A DNA stretch of 64,000 bases, taken from contig JBCCQY010000001.1 of the NCBI GenBank assembly GCA_039208735.1, positions 1 to 64,000 on the forward strand, in the 5' to 3' direction. How positions within the stretch are numbered: position 1 is the first letter of the stretch; each line of letters starts with the position of its first letter. Shown here one piece after another: positions 58,415 through 64,000 of the stretch. The position numbers and the translations under genes are program-made. The DNA comes from Myxococcota bacterium (GTDB lineage: Bacteria; Myxococcota_A; UBA796; GCA-2862545). The notes below the pieces were generated by a model. The model ran no database searches and was not told the origin of the DNA. It saw only the letters and a list, made by a program, of their open reading frames with translations.

Positions 58415-58984
58415 ATGCGGAGCTGGTGCTGGGGGTGGCTGTTCACGGTTGGGGCTTGTTCGGAAGGGGCGATGGACCCTGATGCATCCACCGGCGCCTG
58501 TGGCGTCGAGACGACCGAGACTGCGGAGTTCGACTTCGCAGGTAGTCGCTTCTCTTTGCCGATTCAAGACGCCGTTGTGGAGAACGAGTTTGGCAACGTC
58601 GGGGGTAGTGTCGAAGAGTGGTTCTGGCGCGTAGCGGTGACCGCGGTGGAGTCGGACGGGACCTTCCTTCAGATTCAAGTGACCGACAGCGGTGTCCAGC
58701 CGCTGAGCCCGAGCTACGTCATCGACGGAACCGACTTGTTGAACAGCATCGTTCACACCGTCGACGCTGGGAACTGCAGTCCCGACTTCGGGCGCAAGCC
58801 CACGTTCACGACGAATCTGGGTGGACAGGGCACTGTGACTGTCGAAGAGGTCAGCCGGAATTGCGTGGCGCTATCCTTCGACGCAATGCTTTTGGATGGC
58901 AACTTCGGCAACCCGGCATGCGATGGGCCAGAGCTGTGGCCGATTTCGGGACGGGTTTCGAGCAGGAATGTTGTTGTGAACTGA
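58415..58984 (+). CDS. Hypothetical lipoprotein
   Basis: GGGAGG RBS; VGAC lipobox; beta-rich. Confidence 0.65.
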   Translation: MRSWCWGWLFTVGACSEGAMDPDASTGACGVETTETAEFDFAGSRFSLPIQDAVVENEFGNVGGSVEEWFWRVAVTAVESDGTFLQIQVTDSGVQPLSPSYVIDGTDLLNSIVHTVDAGNCSPDFGRKPTFTTNLGGQGTVTVEEVSRNCVALSFDAMLLDGNFGNPACDGPELWPISGRVSSRNVVVN

Positions 58985-59012
58985 ACGCCTTGCTTGCGTG
59001 CAAAAGTTGGTT

Positions 59013-59993
59013 CTACGTCGGCTCTTGCCACGCTTTGCGCAGCACGCCGAACACCACTTCGTCGTGCCACACGCCGTCCACGGGGATGCACTCTCGAAGG
59101 CGGCCTTGCTCCTCGAACCCCAGCTTGCGGGCCACCCCAAGCATCCCCTGATTTCCCGACCACGTGGCGAGCCGCACGCTGTGAAGGTCCCACTGGGCGA
59201 ATAAGAAGCTCACCCAAAGGCCCAACGCCTCGCTTCCGTACCCCTTTCGCCATGTGGTTTCGTCGCGAAGGTTGATGCCCACGCCCACGTAGCCACCAAA
59301 CGGGTCTTCGGGGTAGCTGACCACGTCGCCGATGTAGCGGTCGGTGCCCCGTTCGGCGATGACCACGCGTTGTCCTCCCCCCACGTCGTCGCCATGGCGC
59401 AGGAACTGATGATGCAGTCGGCGGTCCTCTTCGATGCGGCGGGGGGACGGCACGGGATGGTGGGGCGCGTTGAGTCGGCGGTGGGCGGCCTTGGGCCCAT
59501 CCAACTTGAATCGCCGGTCGACATCTTCCGCTGTGAAAGCCCGCACGCGGATGTGAGGTCCCTCGAGCGGAAGGGCGGCTTGCACAGCCTCAATCTTGGC
59601 CTGACGTGCCTTGCGCTCCGGAGATTCGAAGATCTGCACCACGTTGCCTTCGGGATCGGTGCACTCGCAGTAGGTGGTGCCTTCCCACGTCCAGGGGTCG
59701 CGGGCCAGGCCTCCGTGATCGAGGATGGCCTGTCGCTGAGCCACCACGTCTGCGGTGGCAAACGAAAGTTTGTAGGCCACCTGATCGCGCCACTTCACCT
59801 CGGTCGGGGCAGGGCCCCAAATCTCCTCGGAGATGCAGTGGAGCACGACTTTCGCCCATGGGGAGGACAGTTCGACGAGGTCGGGGTGCCGACTTGGGTG
59901 AGCGCGCATCGCAAACGCACCTTCATAGAAGCGACGCACGACGTCCAGATCTCGGACAAAGACAAACGCATGGTCCAAGCAGGCTTGGGGCAT
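59013..59993 (-). CDS. Fusion of a VOC/glyoxalase-like domain and a RimJ/RimL-type GNAT acetyltransferase
   Basis: LDHAFVFVRDLDVVRRFYEGAF...TDPEGNVVQI; then WRKGYGSEAL...TWSGNQGMLGVARKLGFEEQGRLRE. Confidence 0.85.
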   Translation of the reverse strand: MPQACLDHAFVFVRDLDVVRRFYEGAFAMRAHPSRHPDLVELSSPWAKVVLHCISEEIWGPAPTEVKWRDQVAYKLSFATADVVAQRQAILDHGGLARDPWTWEGTTYCECTDPEGNVVQIFESPERKARQAKIEAVQAALPLEGPHIRVRAFTAEDVDRRFKLDGPKAAHRRLNAPHHPVPSPRRIEEDRRLHHQFLRHGDDVGGGQRVVIAERGTDRYIGDVVSYPEDPFGGYVGVGINLRDETTWRKGYGSEALGLWVSFLFAQWDLHSVRLATWSGNQGMLGVARKLGFEEQGRLRECIPVDGVWHDEVVFGVLRKAWQEPT

Positions 59994-60006
59994 TCGACCT
60001 CCGGCG

Positions 60007-62412
60007 TCAGTTCACCCCGGCGGGGTTTGATGCATGTAAGGCGATGGCTACCGTGTCGGGAACCTGGGCGGTCAACTGGTGCACCATGGCGGGTTGGCAA
60101 GTTAGAAAGAGGATTTGTTGCGATGTTGCGATCGTTCCGATCACCCGAATGAGGCCTTCAGTACGTTCGACATCCTGATGGACGAGCACATCGTCGAGCA
60201 CGAGCGGCAAGGGGACCCGCAGTCCGTGTTCGGCGGCGAGTGCGAAGCGAACGACCAGGTAGGTGAGGTCTCGGGTGCCGCGAGACAGGTGATGAGGCGG
60301 TATTGCGGCGCCATCTTGGGCCTCGACGAACAATTCGCCCCCCTCGGCTCGCAGGCCAACCCATGCGCCAGCGGTGGCTTCGCGCATCCACTCCGATGCG
60401 CGCTCCATGACGGAGGGCTGCTGCTGGTCGACGAACGTAGCGTAGGTCTGGTCGAGGAGCGCTCGGGCCACGTAGACTTCTGCGATGTCGTCGAGAATGG
60501 CGTCGCGTTCGGCCTTGGCCGCTTCGACGTCATGGGCGGCTTCGACGACGCTCGTGGCCTGCTCGATCTCGTGGCGTTGCAGCTGGATGGCCCCCAAGGT
60601 GCGCTGTGCATCGGCCAGTTCGGCGCTGAGCGCGACGGCCTGACGATGGACCGCCTGTTGCTCACCATCGAGGGCCCGGCGGGCATCGGCGGGGGCCGGC
60701 GTGGTGCCGAGCAGCTCTCGGAATGCGGCATCGACCGCCTCGTTTCCGGCTGCCATCCGTTCGTCGTGACGGGCCAAGGTCTCGCGGACGGCCTGTTGGC
60801 GGAGCGTGAGGCGCTCGAGTTCGGCCCTGTCGTCGGACCACCGCGGAACCTCGTTGGCCAAGGCCAAGGCCTCGTCGAAGTCGGTCGGCTCGGAGCGACC
60901 CAGCAGGTTGGCGGCCTCTATCCCCCCCGCGACCCACTGGCGGATAGGGGTTTGCGGTTCCTCCGCCTCGTGTCGAAGGCGCACGACCTCGTCGGCCAGG
61001 GGACCGAGACGTTCGACGTCTTGACGGAGCATGTCGAGGGAATCGGGGTCGTCGGGCAGTCCGGCTGGGCCCTCGGCGGCCAGGGTGCTCGTGAGCCGTC
61101 CCTGACAGGCCTCGAGGTGCGCAATGGCCTGGGTTTGCGACTGCTGGACGGACAACTGGGCTGCGGCGATGCGGTGTTGGCGAACCCTCGCAAATGCCAC
61201 CCCGAATGCCAGGCCTGTCACCGCCAGTGCGACGGCCCAAAGGAGTTCTCCAACCGGCCGGAACGCAACGACCGCACCCAGCGCGGCCAATCCCGCTGCG
61301 ACGAGCAATCCCCAAGGCAGAGCCGGGGCTTGGGGTTGCCGATTCGCTTCCCTGTCGACCGCTTGCCGGGCCCGGAGTACCTCTTGACCAAGGGACTGTA
61401 GGGTAGACCATGGCATGGTGCGCAGGTCGGTGAGGGGCCAAGTCTTGGCCGCCGACGCCGCCGCTTGCTGGTCGAAGGTGGCCTCGGCTTGAGCAAGCGC
61501 GCGCTGGGCTTGGATCACGATCTCGCGTTGCTTGGCGATCGCCGAGTGTTGTTGAGCCCATGCGATGACGGAAGGGCCTTCGGCCGAAGGGGATTCGGGC
61601 CATCGTTCGGTGATCGCGCGGGCCGAGGCGGTGAGTTCATCGAGTCGACGTGTGGGCTCGAGGCGCTCCTGACGCAGCGCCTCCCGAGCGTCGAGTTGTT
61701 CCGACACCGTGCGAAGGCGGGTGCGACGTTGCTCGAGATCGCGGATGGCCTCCTCGATTTCCGCAACTTGAGCGCGCGTGGTGCGCTCTTGGCTCACCAC
61801 ACCAGGCAGGGTCATGGCGACGGACTGCGCTTCGCCAAGGGCTGCTTTTCGGGCTTGGAGTTGCTGGGTGGCTCGATTGAGATCCGCGTCGGCCCGGCGC
61901 GTGTTCAAGCCCAAGTCCAACAGGCGGCGCTTCCAGCGCTTGCGAATGCCCGCGACATCAACCTCGCGGCCCACCACCGCGGCAGCGAGCAACGTGTCGC
62001 GCAGCGCATCGTTCTCGAGAGCTTCGAGCTGCAACAGATCGTGGGCCTGGCAGGAAAACACCGCGTCGAAAGCCCGCCCATCGAAGTGGCCCAGCGCATG
62101 CCCCAGCACCGCATCGGCGACCGGAAGGCCGGCTTGTACGACCTCGAGGGCATGGTCGTGGCGGGCAATCCGAAGCCGCCCGTCGGGGGTCTGAAGGTCG
62201 ACGATGCCCCCGAGGCGGCCGCCGCGTAGCGCGACCTCATCGGGGGTCCGTTTGCGACGGGGCGCTTTGCCAAACAGCACGTGCCGAACGAACCGAACCA
62301 ACGTGGTTTTACCGGTTTCGTTGGGGCCGTGGATGACGTTGAGACCAGCTCCCAGGTCGAGGGTTCGATCCGCGAGTACGCCGTACGACTCGATGTGCAG
62401 CCGCTTGATCAC
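60007..62412 (-). CDS. yhaN: YhaN-like (AAA_27) SMC/Rad50-like ATPase with internal TM helices
   Basis: IHGPNETGKTT; long coiled coil; LSRGTRDLTYL signature; PLVLDDVLVHQD Walker B; QILFLTC. Confidence 0.85.
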   Translation of the reverse strand: MIKRLHIESYGVLADRTLDLGAGLNVIHGPNETGKTTLVRFVRHVLFGKAPRRKRTPDEVALRGGRLGGIVDLQTPDGRLRIARHDHALEVVQAGLPVADAVLGHALGHFDGRAFDAVFSCQAHDLLQLEALENDALRDTLLAAAVVGREVDVAGIRKRWKRRLLDLGLNTRRADADLNRATQQLQARKAALGEAQSVAMTLPGVVSQERTTRAQVAEIEEAIRDLEQRRTRLRTVSEQLDAREALRQERLEPTRRLDELTASARAITERWPESPSAEGPSVIAWAQQHSAIAKQREIVIQAQRALAQAEATFDQQAAASAAKTWPLTDLRTMPWSTLQSLGQEVLRARQAVDREANRQPQAPALPWGLLVAAGLAALGAVVAFRPVGELLWAVALAVTGLAFGVAFARVRQHRIAAAQLSVQQSQTQAIAHLEACQGRLTSTLAAEGPAGLPDDPDSLDMLRQDVERLGPLADEVVRLRHEAEEPQTPIRQWVAGGIEAANLLGRSEPTDFDEALALANEVPRWSDDRAELERLTLRQQAVRETLARHDERMAAGNEAVDAAFRELLGTTPAPADARRALDGEQQAVHRQAVALSAELADAQRTLGAIQLQRHEIEQATSVVEAAHDVEAAKAERDAILDDIAEVYVARALLDQTYATFVDQQQPSVMERASEWMREATAGAWVGLRAEGGELFVEAQDGAAIPPHHLSRGTRDLTYLVVRFALAAEHGLRVPLPLVLDDVLVHQDVERTEGLIRVIGTIATSQQILFLTCQPAMVHQLTAQVPDTVAIALHASNPAGVN

Positions 62413-63611
62413 GCGCCCTCCACCGTCACCGCGTCGACCGCTCGCGCCAACGCTCGGGTGAGGAGGTGGCGTTGGGCCTCGTCGTTCAGACGCTCGGCCA
62501 ACCCCCGCAATGCCGGCACTTCATCGAGTAGTGCGAGGAGATCGAGGTCTTGCCGGGCTCGACGCACCAGGGCACCGGCCAGGGTCGGCGCGTCGGAGAG
62601 GGCTTCGAGGTCGATCATGGGCTGCACGTCGAGGCGCACGTCCACCCAACGGACGGCCGGCGGGGCGGCGTCCTGGAGAATGCGCAACCATTCGTCGCGA
62701 GACAGCGAGCCGAGAGCCCGGTAATGCGTGGAACGACCTTGGATTTCGGCTCGGAGCAGCTGGAGCGCGTCCGGGGTCGATGGGATGCGTTGGGTGAGCG
62801 CCTTCACGACGTCGTCGACCGCACCCACATCGGTCGCATCGAGCAAGACTCGTTCAAAGACCACCGGCGCAAGAGCGAGTGGCTCGGTCTGCAGCTCATG
62901 GGGTGCGCCCGACACAAACAATGCCCCCCGCGAACCGCACTCTGCGAAGTGACGTCCCTGGAGATTACCGGAATATGCGACGACGGGCGGATGGGCGTGC
63001 AACACCTTCTGGTCGTGGATGTGGCCGAGCGCCCAATAGTGGAACCCGGTGGCGACCAGATCCGACAGTACACATGGGCTGTAAGGGTGGTCGAGGCCGT
63101 GTTCGTCGAGTTCAGTGTGGAGCATGGCCACATGAAGCCCCTCGCCTTCGGGGGCCGGGTAGCCGGCGGCGAGGCTTTGGGTCACCTTTCGCGAAGGGTA
63201 GGATTGGCCCGTGACGGTAACGCGGCCTCCGTCGCACGCGAAGGCATGAACCTCGGGGGCGCCGGCGCCGAAGACCACGGTGGTTTCAGGCCACTGATCG
63301 ACCGCGACGTAGCCTTCGTGAACCGGATCGTGGTTTCCATGCAGTAAGAAGAGGCGAATGCCATGCTCGGCCAACCGAGCCGCTGCGTTGCGCAATCGAA
63401 CCTGCGCGCGGACCCCACGTTCGAGACCATCGTAGATGTCGCCGCTCATTAGGACGAAGTGGCAGTTGCGCTCGATCGCGGATTCGACCAAGGCATCGAG
63501 TGCATGCAGGCTTGCATCGCGGAGCTGCTGGGCAATCTCGGGGTCGCGTCGGGCCAGACCGCGGAACGGGGCATCGAGATGAAGGTCGGCCGCGTGTACG
63601 AAACGGTACAA
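62409..63611 (-). CDS. yhaO: YhaO/SbcD/Mre11-like DNA repair exonuclease
   Basis: FVHAADLHLDAPF, SGDIYD, HGNHD, YWALGHIH, YSGNLQGRH; TTG after GGAGG. Confidence 0.9.
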   Translation of the reverse strand: MYRFVHAADLHLDAPFRGLARRDPEIAQQLRDASLHALDALVESAIERNCHFVLMSGDIYDGLERGVRAQVRLRNAAARLAEHGIRLFLLHGNHDPVHEGYVAVDQWPETTVVFGAGAPEVHAFACDGGRVTVTGQSYPSRKVTQSLAAGYPAPEGEGLHVAMLHTELDEHGLDHPYSPCVLSDLVATGFHYWALGHIHDQKVLHAHPPVVAYSGNLQGRHFAECGSRGALFVSGAPHELQTEPLALAPVVFERVLLDATDVGAVDDVVKALTQRIPSTPDALQLLRAEIQGRSTHYRALGSLSRDEWLRILQDAAPPAVRWVDVRLDVQPMIDLEALSDAPTLAGALVRRARQDLDLLALLDEVPALRGLAERLNDEAQRHLLTRALARAVDAVTVEGA

Positions 63612-63719
63612 AGAACCTCCGGCGACGGTCGAAAATTGGCCGTTTCCGTAACCCATCGACGTCGGCCTACCGCAGGCGATCGCCACCACAAATCGTCCGT
63701 CTTGACGCGGTCGAATGCG

Positions 63720-64000
63720 TTAGCGCGAACCCGTGTGTGGCAAGGCAAAGCCGATCACCGAATCGCCACGCGGAAAGCCAAACAAGTTGTGCCCGCCCGC
63801 GGCGACCGCAACGAATTGGGTACCGTCGATGGCGTAGGTGATCGGGGGGGCATTTACGCCAGCCCCACAGTCGTGCGCCCATAGCTCTTTGCCACTGGCT
63901 GCGTCAAAGGCTGAAAGTTCCCCGGTGCCCTGGCCCATAAAGACCAGTCCCCTCGGGCGAGGGCCGTTCGCGCAGCGAGTAGGTGGTGGGCATATGGATG
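63720..64000 (-). pseudogene. C-terminal part of a PQQ-dependent dehydrogenase family gene, apparently disrupted near 63950; 5' part outside the window
   Basis: GLVFMGQGTGELSAFDAASGKELW...GVNAPPITYAIDGTQFVAVAAGG. The upstream protein-like IHMPTTYSLRERP is in a different frame. Confidence 0.6.

Overview
GC-rich (visually about 65%) bacterial chromosomal window, most likely Myxococcota-like, given the MYXO-CTERM-type sorting tails, many lipoproteins, a DUF1501-type module and a Ser/Thr kinase-FHA pair. It holds about 45 densely packed genes. Metabolic and redox genes: cystathionine beta-synthase, oligopeptidase B, arginine deiminase, an IorAB-type molybdoenzyme, an amine oxidase, c-type cytochromes and a Cu monooxygenase-like protein. 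Others: surface proteins, three two-component systems, an RND efflux operon, a YhaO/YhaN nuclease-ATPase pair and a frameshifted Rpn nuclease. No rRNA, CRISPR array, integrase or canonical tRNA was seen. The most striking non-coding element is at about 17915-18039: a circularly permuted tRNA-like RNA (T arm, then loop-closed acceptor stem, then D arm, enclosed by a long outer stem). It has the architecture of a YrlA-type Y RNA and sits behind a correctly spaced sigma54 -24/-12 motif with tandem repeats upstream. No Ro60/TROVE, rtcB or rtcR gene lies anywhere in the 64 kb. All assignments come from manual motif recognition; no database search was run.
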